Origin: Octopus vulgaris
Lineage: Eukaryota
Direction: 5' to 3'
DNA: 64,000 bases
Assembly: GCA_951406725.2 (NCBI GenBank)
Contig: OX597821.1
Coordinates: 72,478,001 to 72,542,000 of the forward strand
This document shows, in pieces, positions 37,671 to 50,161 of this stretch. The position numbers and the translations under genes were made by a program. The notes beneath the pieces were generated by a model. It worked only from the letters and a program-made list of their open reading frames with translations, had not been told where the DNA came from and did not search any database. Each line of letters begins with the position of its first letter. Position 1 is the stretch's first letter.

Positions 37671-38436
37671 ATGGAAGTTTCTTATACATGGATAGTATTA
37701 TAATCCCTTACAAAACATTTTTTCCCCAAATTTAAGCCCCCAAAATTAGGGGGTTCCTGATACACGTTAAAATACGGTAAATCCCCGTTGTAAGCAGTAC
37801 TACTCATAAAATTAATAAATTATTTCCGAGTAACACTCATCGTCATCAACATCGTTTAACGTTGGCTTTCCATGTTAGCATTGGTTGGACGGTTTGACTG
37901 AGGTCTGGGAAGCCAGGAGGCTGCACCAGGATCCAATCTGATCTGGCAAAGTTTCTACAGCTGGATGCCCTTCCTAACGCCAACCACTCTAAGAGTGTAG
38001 TGGCTGCTTTTTACGTGCCACCAGCACAGGAACAACCAGTCAGGCAGTCTTGGCATTTTACGTCCCACTGCCATGGGAGCCAGTCATGGGGCACTGACCA
38101 TAATATGCCTGCAAAAAACGCTAATCAGTTTTTACTTCTGTTAAAGCGCTATGGGCAATCCTGGAGATAAAAATTTACTTCCATTGCCTCTTGATTCAGC
38201 AAAACATTAATCTAGAGTTATGTCCCTTCAGACAATCACTAATGTTTAATAATGTTATTGGAAAATTTCATTTCGAAAGAGAAATTAAAATGATGTATAT
38301 ATTATTACATAAGCGACCAATGGAAAGGTTAATGTGTTGCATGGTCCGAAAGTAAAGAGTTTAAAAAATATCTTACTTTCGCTTACACAAGATGTCAAGA
38401 CTAGAGTATAAGATAATATTTATCTCAGGTGGGAAT

Positions 38437-38682
38437 TAGTTAGTTAGTTAGTTAGTTAATTTGGCTCAAAAGCAAATAGCAAGGCCATGTAGGGGGACAT
38501 GGAGTTAAGTACAGGGTGGTGTTCATGTAAAGAGTTCAGGCCACTTGAGGTCAAGGGAGGCTTTGAACAAAGCGGTCGTCGGCATCTTCACCATCTCGTC
38601 TGGCAGCTTGTTCCACGGATCCGCAACCCGGACGGAGAAAGCTCCTCTCCTTCGATTGAGATGAAATCGTCGCAGGTAGAGA
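38437..38682 (-). mobile_element. CR1-clade LINE 3' end with (TAAC)n tail
   Basis: RRGAFSVRVADPWNKLP reading on the minus strand, followed by a short tandem tail. Confidence 0.8.
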
Positions 38683-38891
38683 AAAATGCTCAGACTTGAG
38701 TTAGAAGTTTCAGTTCGAATAAGATGTTGCTTTACTTCTATCTCGTGGTGTTTTTGCTTCCGTTTGTCTATTAAATATCATCCAAAATTATACAAATGTA
38801 GACCATTTACGAAAATCGTTCCATCGTTACTAACAGAAAAGTGAAAATAAAATTATAAAATAACTGTATGTATAAATATATATGTACTTAC

Positions 38892-38919
38892 TGATATTAG
38901 ATATCCCAAGCTTGGAACA
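38892..38919 (-). CDS. WDR36: WDR36 exon 2, 28-nt micro-exon (CSKLGISNI/S)
   Basis: tttccag acceptor and gtaagt donor; supplies the residues and phase (0 to 1) needed between exons 1 and 3; corresponds to vertebrate VQKLSLVAVS. Confidence 0.88.
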
Positions 38920-39513
38920 CTGGAAATATATTTAAATGAAAAGGTTACAACAAAACAGAATTCACGCAATAAAATTGTTTTTTGGCGTTTTTAAAACAAA
39001 GTTACTTTACAGAGAAAAAGTAATACAGTATTAAGAAAAACTAAATTAAAACACACATATTTCGGTTTTAATAGGACATTGCTTAGCTCAGATCAATATT
39101 AATCGAACAATGGTTTAACTAAAAGCTTTCCAAATATAATCCTCCCGTCTTTGATATCACTTCCAATGTATTTTGCTTGAAGACGGTCGATCGTAATTTG
39201 AGCGCGGTTTGGCTACTATTTCGAGCAGGTCAAGTAACAATGTAGGGACCGCTTTCGGTACAAGTACCATAGCTGCCAATTATAAACGTGCGTTTATTTA
39301 CATTTCTGACGAAAAAAGAAACTCTTTTCCCCCAACCCTAAGAAATTAATGTTAACAATAAGAATACACGAAATGGTGACTTTTGTTGCAAACACATAAG
39401 AATAAGAGATTATTTCTTGGAGTTTATTTACTCAAATTATCAAAGGATTCGAGAAAAGTTTAGGAGGTTCGTCAAATTATTTGGGACGGAAGAAAATATA
39501 TGAAAACACTTAC

Positions 39514-39654
39514 ATTATATGTATGAAAAGCCTTGCCGACACAGGTTATGACATAATGTTCTTTCACCTTCTCCTGGTATCTGGTTACTAATGGTACATG
39601 ATTGCTGACATAACCCAAAGCACGGAAACCCGTGAAGATTTTGCTAGCCGACAT
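39514..39654 (-). CDS. WDR36: WDR36/UTP21 coding exon 1 (ATG at 39654; MSASKIFTGFRALGYVSNHVPL...VGKAFHTYN)
   Basis: FRALG..SNH.P and VGK.FHTY match the WDR36 N-terminus as I recall it; donor GTAAGT; 141 nt, phase 0. Confidence 0.95.
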
Positions 39655-39790
39655 AATTCCCACATCAAACACCACGTGGAAAGAACCGGAAACGGTGTAA
39701 CTACAAAAACAATTCCATGTCGAAAGAAGTTCTAGCTTCAATTACATTATTGTTTTTGTTTTTATTTCCGGTTTTATAAGGAAAATTCCA
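39655..39790 (-). promoter_or_regulatory. WDR36 proximal promoter/5' UTR with E-box CACGTG (39673-39678) and two ETS-like CCGGAA sites (39686-39691, 39766-39771)
   Basis: Motifs directly upstream of the ATG in a CpG-retaining segment. Confidence 0.6.
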
Positions 39791-39799
39791 TTATAATTA

Positions 39800-40010
39800 T
39801 TTGAGCTGGCAGAAAGGTTAGCACGCCGGGCGAAATGCTTAGTGGTATTTCGTCTGCCGTTACGTTCTGAGTTCAAATTCCGCCGAGGTTGACTTTGCCT
39901 TACATCCTTTTGGGTTCGATTAAATAAGTACCAGTTACGCACTGGGGTCGATATAATCGACTTGATCCGTTTGTCCTCTCTGTGTTTAGCCCCTTGTGGG
40001 TAATAAAGAA
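39800..40010 (+). mobile_element. Second SINE family (gagctggcagaa...gttctgagttcaaattccgccgagg...); copies near 2885-3105(-), 3990-4083(+), 33085-33275(+)
   Basis: Repeated in the window; B-box-like GAGTTCAAATT. Confidence 0.72.
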
Positions 40011-41653
40011 ATATATTTGTGAATTGCGAATTAATGAAAGACTGACGATGCACTTTGTATTATTATTATCTTAAAAGTGGAATTTCAGTGGACTTTTGAG
40101 TTATTTGGCTGGCTCGGTTTACTCTTGTTCATATAAATAAGGAATCTTTTCTAGAATTTAATCTTTGTTTGCTTTCTTACCATTCATTTAAACTGCGCAG
40201 AAAATAGACTGCAATACACATTTGCATTAAACTCCATTTGGGAATCAATCATTGGCAAAAATGCCTTATATATGAAATAATAAAGCATATTTGCACTGTT
40301 TTCAAGTTTAAGACATCGTGAACTTTAAATCTCGTATATACTGTTCCATATGTTACAATTAATAAATACAGTGGACATCGCCAATTTATTTATATTCAAT
40401 TAGGATTTTATTAAAACTTTATCATTGTTTAAACAGTGACACTAGAATCAACATTTTGTGTATATAAAAAAAAACTACCATTCATATAAATGAAGTAATT
40501 TCTTTCATTTAGTGCACTATTTAATATATTGTTTATGATCTGCGTTTTTCTTTGAGTACTATACAATTCCTTCCATATTTCATATATAATTATTTTCAGT
40601 TTTCGTTAAAAATATGTAAAATTTCGATTACAATTATTTTCCCTTCACATGTTCGAAATCAACTAATTTGATTCTCGTAAGTTTTCTGTTAGGGAAGTTC
40701 AGAATTAGCTTGTGCAATAATTGGTTATTAAGTGCATCGTTAATGTAAATGAAGCGATTTATTAATAGATTTTGGAATTGTGAAGGACTAAATTACTATA
40801 ATAAAAGTCTCTACAATTTGTAGGCTTATCAATAATTTGAACGAGTCAAATAATTAGAGACTAACAATTCGTCGGTAAAAGAAACTCCTCAAAATATACT
40901 AGCATCAATAATGGCCCTTCTTCAATTATTGTTATTATCGAGTGAGAGAGTAGCGCGTGCCATCAAAGAAATACACGAATCTCCAATCTGATAAGGATAC
41001 GCCAGGCACATGCATTACAACCATATGTGCGCGACATGGTGACCTCATATCAAGATAAACATCGCGTGACCTTGTAGACGGGGCCCAGTTACAATTTTCT
41101 TCGGGTCGAGAAAATTATTCAAAAGATCCCTGAATAAGGGTTGTTTAAGGATGGTGAATGAAACATCAATATTTCCATAGGTGAATTATTCAAACCCCAA
41201 AGAATTCCTCTCAGTGCATGGATATGATGCTCCCCCACTACTCCTGCTCATGATCAGAGATGCACATATTGTCATCCACGAAGGGACATGTTCAACTGCT
41301 TAAGGTCAAGAAAAACTGCAGTTTTCAGCAGAATATTTGCTGTAGTTCATCTTTTACACCTAGGCAAAACATGTACATGATAACACTTTCAATCAGTTAA
41401 GATCAGGAGCCATGATCTGGTACAGCATCACGGCATATAATTATTACCTCCATTTCTTCATTTTATAAGTTAACTGGGCATATATATATATATGCGAAGT
41501 TAGATCAGTAAGCCCTACGTGACATAGGAAAATTTATATAGGCAGTACTATTGATTTTAAAAATAGATATAGGGGACACAAGAATTCGTTTATTCACCCC
41601 AATAACAAAAGTTCCAAGACATTAGCATCATACATGAAACACCTCAAAGAGTC

Positions 41654-42350
41654 TGTAACGGCAGAAATTTATTGGTAAACATTATTATTGATTTGTCTTA
41701 GTCAGCTGGTGGGACGATAAAAAATTGTTGTTATTACGGTAAACTGTAAGATGTGAAAGATGAACAATGCACGATGTTTTAAGAAAGTATTTATTTACCG
41801 TTATGTTACAATTACCTTGCCTCGACGGGCAGGTTATGATAAATCCAAAAGCATGCGAAGTAAAGTTTGAGTTTGGATTGAGACAGATAGAATGGTGTTG
41901 TAAGAGAACAGAATTAGAGCTAGAGAGAAGTGTAGGGTGTTGTCTCACAGTTGCTTTCTCCCTCTGACCAAGGTTGGTCAGCCAGACCTCGATGAGTCGT
42001 CACCAACTGTGACTAACTCCGTTGAGTCGTCATGACTGTGACGAACTGATTTTTGCTTGGGGTGTGCTTGTTTATATAATTATCCAGAAGGATAGATATA
42101 TCATTGAGAACAATAGATTTAGTTGGTGGTCTTGTTATCTCTATTCTAGCTTTTGGTGAAGTAGAAGAGGTTAGAAAGTGTCAAGTGGTGAAGACATTAT
42201 TTCGGCCTAGCTAAAGGCATCTGGAAAATGCAAAACTGCTGTCGGAGAAAAAAACCATTGTTCCACTATGGGAACAGTTCTGTTGCAGTGTTAATTTAAA
42301 TTTGGCTATGGTGGATTCAAATCTACTTCATGCATGCTAGATTCACTACA
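41654..42350 (-). mobile_element. Solo LTR (Gypsy-like), 697 bp
   Basis: TGTA...TACA termini; 4-bp TSD AGTC (41650-41653, 42351-42354); TATA-like ~42075 and AATAAA ~41670 suggest minus orientation. Confidence 0.65.
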
Positions 42351-42855
42351 AGTCTAACATTGAATAAAATTAAAGGTGGTCGATAATTACTGAATCAACA
42401 CCATGTAACACACATACTAAATCTTGTAGGCTTCGCATAAAGGAATTGAGTAGCATTGACCCCAAGAACTCGTTCTATCGGTCTCTTTTGTGAAGCTGCT
42501 AATTCATGGGAACGTAAACATACCAACATTAGTTGGCAAGCACTCACTTTCCCTCCACTTTTCACTTCACTGTGCCCCTCCTTAATTCTTCTGTCCCTCT
42601 ACTTCTACTTCTCTCTCTTTCCACATGACCACCGGTCAGCCTAGCCTGTTCTTTCTTTCTTGGTCTAACATCGATATTCTTCCCTGTGTTTGTGAAATTT
42701 TTGTATCTCTGCTGTAAGGTTTATTTCCGCACGCGCCAGCTTAATTCAATTCGTCCTTAGTTGAAAGACACCTGTTGTTATGTCCTGTTATTATTTTTAT
42801 TGCATTTATTTTTGTATTTATATTTGTGGAACATTGTCCATTTTTCCGACAGGAA

Positions 42856-43070
42856 GAGGGAATTGCAGTCTTATGAACGTAAATGTGATTTCTGTGCCTG
42901 ATGGAGTAAGTGGAATTCTTGGAATGAAGACGTCATAATTTTATCCACATCAAGAAAGAATGGTAGCCTTGATAACCTCTGACATCATTTTCTCTATCAT
43001 CAGTCGTGTCCCATTGCAAAATAACTGAGTCCAGTATTTTAATTCAATGACATCGGTTTTCAAATCAGCA
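42856..43070 (-). pseudogene. Helitron PIF1-like helicase remnant
   Basis: ICNGTRLMIEKMMSEVIKATILS*CG*NYDVFIPRIPLTPSGTEITFTFIRLQFPL. Confidence 0.85.
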
Positions 43071-44854
43071 AACCTCTTCTTCATTTCTATCAACTTTTTA
43101 TAGTGCAAGTTGACAGAAACAGTTTAGGGAAAATGTTTTACCTGCCCCATTTTCTATTTTTTAAGGAAAAAGCAAAAAAGAAGAAAGACATACTATTCTA
43201 CCATATGTTGCCTAATCTTCAGTCATTTCTCCAAGCATTTTCATTTAATAATAGCTGATAGAAACGTTGGTCGATTGGTTGATTAAAAGAGATACAGAAT
43301 TTACATGAAAGGCACAGAATGAATGCCCTTACTAGGTTTGGATGCAGGCAATGAGTAAAATTACATTACTCACATACGCAGTAAGAGAGAAACATGAAGG
43401 GAGAGGAAGAGAAGAGGGAATAAATGACAGTAGTTAGCTGTAACTGAAAAAAGACTCTGTTAGTTAATATTATAATGAATATTATCCTTAAATGTATTTT
43501 CAAGTAAACTGTTTATTAGTTTTTGCATTACTCATTTGGGTGTTTTCTAAATTAAAATTTATAACAAAAACTGTTCCAATTAAATATATCGCTACAACTA
43601 CTACAGTAAAAGCAATACACCACGAATAATATCCAAAAATATGGTATACATACCATAATTATAATTTAATTTTTATTAAATGACCCATAGTATACTTCCT
43701 TGGTATATTTCCACATTTACGTATCCTATAGCAGGTCATCAATCACTCTAAAATAAAACAGCATATTGGTTTTTAAGGAACGTGCAGTTGCATGAAACTC
43801 TCAGCCTTGGAGTTCCACTGTAAATTTAATGATTAAGCGTATAAAAAAAGAAAGATGTATGTTTTTATCAATAATGCAAATTGCAGTTATTATGGGGAAT
43901 TTGGCACCTGTGCCGGTGGCATGTGTAAAAAGATTCGAGCGAGGTCATTGCCAGTACCGCCTGACTGGCCCCTGTGCTGGTGGCACTTAAAAAGCACCCA
44001 CTACACTCTCAGAGTGGTTGGTGTTAGGAAGGGCATCCAGCAGTAGAAACACTGCCAGGTCAAGATTGGAGCCTGGTGCAGCCATCTGGTTCGCCAGCCC
44101 TCAGTCAAATCGTTTAACCAATGCCAGCATGGAAAACGGACGTTAAACAATGATAATGATGATGATGTCATTCTCAAGATTTTATGCACCATTTGTGTAC
44201 CTAAAGGTTAAAAAAAATACTGATCGTTAGCAAACTAATGTATTGTTCTTAAGAAATGAAAATGAGATGAAGATTCAAAGAATATAAAGAAATTATAGAA
44301 TTAATCTGTTGTATGGCTTAACAGCATCAGCACCTTGTCTTTGGGTATCTTCAGCAGGATTCACTCTGTTGCAAGTGTTTGAGATGGCATTCAGTTTGAA
44401 GATAATTTCTTCCCTTGTCACCAATCTTGAAGGCCCTGAAGAAATAATGGGTGCTGTCCTTCCTTCTTTAACTAAATGGTTAAAAATGATCAATTAAAGA
44501 TATCATTACAACATGAGCGAGTCAATCATCATCATCATCATCATTTAACGTCCGTTTTCATGCTGGCATGGTCTGGAGAGCCAGCACTTGTATCAGGCTC
44601 CAATGTAGCGGGTGCCTTTTACGTGCACAGGAGTCAGTCAGGTGGGCCTGGCATCAATCATGTTCAGATGGTGCTTTTTACATGCCATCAGCACAAGAAC
44701 CAGTTAGGAGACACTGGCATTGACCATGTTCAGATAATGCATTTTGCATGCCACCGGAACAAGAGCCAGTCAGGGGGCACTGGCCACAGCTACAATTTTG
44801 GTTTTATTTGACTCAACAGATCTTCTCAAGCATATCATATTGCCTGATGCATGT

Positions 44855-45197
44855 ACTGCTCTCACCAACCACTTGTCTATCCCCAGTTTCCACATTGACA
44901 ACTAGATAAGGGTTCAGGAGTCCTTGTCAAAGGCTTTCTCCAAGTCAACAAAAGCCAAGTACAGAGGTTTATCTATGGCTACAGATTTCTCCTGCAGTTA
45001 CCTTACCAGAAATATGGCATCAGTGGTGCTTCTGCCTGGCACAAAACCAAACTGTATCTCATCTAGGCTAACTCTCTCCCTAATTAGTCGGGCTATGACT
45101 CTCTTTGTAACTTCCATTACCTGATCCAATAATTTGTCACCTCTGTAATTATTTCTATTTAAGTCATCCCATTTACCTTTGTACCAGTTGACTATAG
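44855..45197 (-). pseudogene. RTE RT fragment, inverted near-copy of ~48025-48365
   Basis: NNYRGDKLLDQVMEV...QFGFVPGRSTTDAIFLVR. Confidence 0.9.
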
Positions 45198-47719
45198 TTG
45201 TTTTTATTAGCAATAATTTATTATTCTTTTTCTTGTGTCATTCATTTGACTGCAGCCATGCTGGAGCACCACCTTTAGTTGAACAAATCGCCCCCAGGAC
45301 TTATTCTTTGTAAGCCTAATACTTATTCTATTGGTCTCTTTTGCTGAGCCACTAAGTTACAGGGATGTAAACACACCAACATCGCTTGTCAGGTGATGGT
45401 GTGGAGACAAACACAGACACAGACACAAACACACATACATACGATGGGCTTCTTTCAGTTTCTGTCTACCAAATCCACTCACAAAGCTTTGGTCAGCCTG
45501 AGACTACAGTAGAAGACACTTGCCAAAATTGCCATGCAGTGGGACTGAACCCAGAACCATGTGGATGGGAAGCAAGCTTCTTACCACACAGCCACTCCTG
45601 TGCCTATTCATAAATACTTTTTAAAATAATGTTTGTCACATTAAAATGTAGCAACCTCTTTCCTCATGTTCCATTATCCTGCCAGCAGAAACACAACCAG
45701 GTGGTTAAAAAGTTCAATTTACAATCAGGAGAACCTCAGTTCAATCCTGCTGTGTGGTGCCTTGTCAGTGAAAATGATAAGATGGAAACAGTGGAAGCTC
45801 ATTGGCTAAATTGTAATTGAAAGGTTCAGCCTTGACCATATTGCATCACCCTGATTTACTTTGAAAGTTACATGAAAGGAGCATCTATAATGAGCAGGTG
45901 GCTCAGTTGGTTGAGCAATTGAGTACTCGTCATTGAAACTGAAAGAGATCCAATACACCAACCTGTCCTTCTTTGCTATTTTTACCTCATTTATCTGATA
46001 TTTAACCTCAAAACAACTTTGGTAGAACAGGCTAATGACCAACGACATACCAGCTTTGTGTGTGATCGTTGCCAGAGCAGCCAACTGGCTTCCATGCTGG
46101 TGGTATGTAAAAGAGCACCATTCGAGTGTGATCATTACCAATGTCTCCTTACTGGCACCTGTGCCGGTGGCATGTGTAAAAAGATTCAAGCAAGGTCATT
46201 GCCAGTACCGCCTGACTGGCACGTAAAAAGCACCCACTACTAGATCAAGATTGGAGCTTGGTGCAGCCATCTGGTTCGCCAGCCCTCAATCAAAATCATC
46301 CAACCCATGCTAGCATGGAAAGCAGATGTTAAACGATGATGATGATGACTTCCTATTTTATGAAGGTAGGATTTGAGGGAGATTTGGAATTATTAGTAAT
46401 AGGTCAAACAACTGCCATATTTTCTGGCATACAAGTTCAATTTTTCAGACCAAAATTTACAGCCCAAAACTAAGTTGTCTTCTACACCGAAAGGACTTTG
46501 GAGAATCAAAACTTCCATGTGAAAGGCAGCAATGTTTGGAAAGATAATGATGATGCTTAAATGTTTATACCATACTATGTCAACTTTTGTACTGGAAAGT
46601 TCAGTACCTTCACAGCTCCCAGACATCTGAGCATATCAAAGCCTTCTCCAGGTCAACAAAGAGTGGCTTACTCCTAAATAAATCGTCCTCACTTTCCCGA
46701 GTATAAAGGGAGATAATCAGAATGTAAACAACGATATATTTTAACATTGTATTAATTCTGCTGGTCTTTGTTCACAAACACACACAGATGCACATGCATA
46801 TACACATATATGCACACACACACACATACGGGCACATTCACATACGCACATTTATATGTTACCTCCAATGAACATCTTCTCGGTTTCCATCGACCAAATT
46901 TCACTCTGTAAACTTGGGTAAGAGGCACCTAACCAAATCCGAATCCACAGAATTGTGAAGCAAATTTCAACATACATTTTGTCATACATGCATACTAACA
47001 TTGTATATCTAACAGAGCATACTAGCTTTCTTCCTCTCTAGTCTTCACATGTCCTCTGTGTTCAGGGCCCACATTTCACTACTATGAAATATTGCTGTTC
47101 ATACACAGGCATCATACAATCTGCCTTTTGATCAGAGAGAGAGAGAGAGGGGGAGAAAGAGACAGACAGACAGACCTTTTCTTGCCAGTAGAAGAAAGAG
47201 TTCCCAGAACTTATTCTTATTCTGGAAACTATAGTACTTTTAGAGCATCTTCCTCCACATCTAATTAACAGAAAGTATTTATTACCCCTAAGGAGCCTCC
47301 GGGGCATTTGAGAAAGTTGATTTCCTGTATGTATTTAGTATTTATCGCTTCAGCACATCTTCCACATTCAAAGATTACTTAGGAAGTAGGATCTTCTCAA
47401 GCACAGCAAATTGCCAATCATTTTGGTAATTTGTCATTTCTACTATGAGGCTCAACATCTGAAGATCATTCTTCACCAATTTATACTACAAATTCTAGGG
47501 CCTGCCTCTTCCACAGGTTTCACCTACACTTAGGAATTGGCACATCTTTATACAGCTATCCTCTTCCATACACATGACCATACGATTGCTGTCTTCCCTC
47601 TTACACACATCATCTGGTGCCTCTTATGCCCAATTTTTCTTTCAGCACATTTAAACTTTGTCCTGCATGCACACTCACATCATCATCATCATCCTCATCA
47701 TCATCATTTAATGTCCATT

Positions 47720-49040
47720 GTCAGTGATTCTGCATTGAAAGAGCCTTGGGGACGCCATTATGAAAGACTGCTGAATGTGGAGAATGAATGGGGGGAGGAG
47801 AGTCTGCCAGAGGTTGACCCAATTAAGGGACCAGCTACCCAAATTGACAGTACCTTGGTAGATAAAGCAATTAAGGATATGATGAGAGGGAAAACACCTG
47901 GCCCATCAGGAATCACCGCTGAGATGCTTAAAATATCCATCGGTGTGGGTTATGGCCTAGTCACCTGTATTGTAAATCAGGTGGTTCACAAAGGAGTCAG
48001 ACACAATGACTGGTGTAGCAGCACCATAGTCAACTGCTACAAAGGTAAAGGTGATGCCTTAGAAAGAAATAATTACAGAGGTGACAAATTATTGGATCAG
48101 GTAATGGAAGTTACAGAGAGAGTCATAGCCTAACTAATTAGGGAGAGAGTTAGCCTAGATGAGATACAGTTTGGTTTTGTGCCAGGTAGAAGCACCACTG
48201 ATGCCATATTTCTGGTAAGGTAACTGCTGGAGAAATATCTTGCCAAAGATAAACCTCTGTACTTGGCTTTTGTTGACTTGGAGAAAGCCTTTGACAAGGA
48301 CTCCTGAACCCTTATCTAGTTGTCAATGTGGAAACTGGGGATAGACGAGTGGTTGGTGAGAGCTGTACAAGCCATGTACAGGGATGCTGTCAGCAAGGTG
48401 AAGGTTGGCAATGAATATAGTGAAGAATTCTGGGTAGAAGTAGGGGTTCACCAAGGATTAGTCCTCAGCCCCCTCTTGTTCATCATAGTCCTCCAGGCAA
48501 TGACAGAGGAATTCAAGACAGGCTGCCCCTGAGAGCTTGTCTATGTCAATGACCTTGCTCTAATAGCCAAGTCATTACCAGAACTAGAGACGAAGTTTAG
48601 GGTGTGGAAGCAAGGTCTAGAATCAAAGAGCCTTAGAGGCAACCTAGCAAAAACCAAAGTCCTAGTAAATAGGAAGGTAAACAAATCACAAACCTCGTCA
48701 GGTAAATGGCTCTGCTTGATCTGTAGAAAAGGTGTGGCTAGAAATTCCATAAGATGTCAGGTGTAAGTTATGGACTCATAAGAGGTGCAGCAATATCAAA
48801 GGAAGGTTAACTGGGAAGATAGTCTTTGTGTGTGGCAGATGCACAAGGACAATAAACACCAAAAATGTACAAAAAACAGATTCCATCACGTGCCAGGAGG
48901 AAAATCTAGAAGCTGTTAATAGCTTCTGCTGCCGAGGCAACCAAGTCAGTATTGTGTGTGGATGCTCTGAGAGCATAGCTGCTAGAATAAGGATGGCCTG
49001 GGCAAAGTTCAGGGAGCTCCTACCTATACTGGTAACTAAG
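47720..49040 (+). pseudogene. RTE LINE reverse transcriptase remnant with stops/frameshifts
   Basis: GPSGITAEMLK, NYRG, QFGFVPGRSTTDAIF, AFVDLEKAFD, GVHQG..LSPLLF, degenerate YADD (YVNDL). Confidence 0.92.
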
Positions 49041-50161
49041 GTGGTTGATGCCATTGCCTCTTGACTGTCTCCTGTGCCGGTGGCATGTAAATAGCACCAT
49101 CCAAATGTGGTCAATGTCATTACCCCCTGAGTGGTTCGTGTGCCAGTGGCACATAAAAAGAACCCACTATACTCTCGGAATGGTTAATGTTAGGAAAGGC
49201 ATCCAGCTGTAGAAACATTGCCAGATCATGAACAGTGCAGTGTTGTAACCTGGATGTGTTGCTTGTTGAGTTGTATATGTAGAGAGATGTTGATGTTAGG
49301 ACAAATGGTAGCAGCGGAGATGAAGGTTGCTGAATGTTGTTGGACGAAGTTCGTAAGTCTCAACGTGGTTGCTGTTGTGTTTTCACTGGAACTGGCTGTG
49401 TCTTGTGTGGTCAGTGGCTAGACCTTAAAAGGTCTGGAACCAAAGACATCGAGATGATATAAAAGCTGGAGTTTTATAAGAAATTATAGGCTCAAAGCTG
49501 GGTATAAACAGGCTGTCACACATGACCTTATTTGAAGGCTGTGATTGGTTGGGTTGCATATTGGTGCACAATAGAGTAAGAGACAATTGCACCAATACCA
49601 ACCAATCACAGTAGTGGACATAACAGGGTCCAAAATGCGGCCAAAGGCTAGCTGTTCTCTACTACGTTCGTATGTATGTATATATATAATAGAGAGGAGA
49701 GGGATTTCACTCAAGTCTACGCTAAAAAGCCTTTTGAGTGAATTTGGTAGACGGACACTGAAAGAAGTCCGTCGTATATATATATATATCATGGACTCTC
49801 CCGTTGTTAGATGATGCTTGAGGGATCGAACAATTACACAGATGATTTGCTTATTGTGATCAAATGTTTGTGTTCACATAAGCTCACTACCTCCATCAAA
49901 TTGACATAACCGGTACAGATGCACTGTGTGCCACATGTCAGATGACAAAATGATGGCAGAGCAACGTAAAATGAAATACTTTGCTCGAGAACACAACTCA
50001 ATGCCCGGTCAGGGAATCGAAACTACGATCTCGCAATCGTGAATACAACACCCTAACCACTCAACCATGCATCAATATATGTATATATGTGCGTGTGTCT
50101 GCCCCGCCACCGTTTGATAACTGGTGTGTTTATGTCCTCGTAACTTAGCAAAAGAGACCAA

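Noticed and set aside
343-39513. Intron-encoded snoRNAs, often found in ribosome-biogenesis host genes
   Set aside because: No convincing C/D pair with a terminal stem or H/ACA structure was found by eye; TGATGA hits are mostly LINE (GAT)n tails. A covariance-model scan is needed to exclude them.
39655-39741. N-terminal extension MKLELL... in the ORF track
   Set aside because: Starts at TTG, has no recognisable similarity and overlaps promoter motifs; the ATG at 39654 fits orthologue length.
49244-49670. Second solo LTR
   Set aside because: LTR-like composition and a TGTAAC start, but no CA end or TSD could be found.
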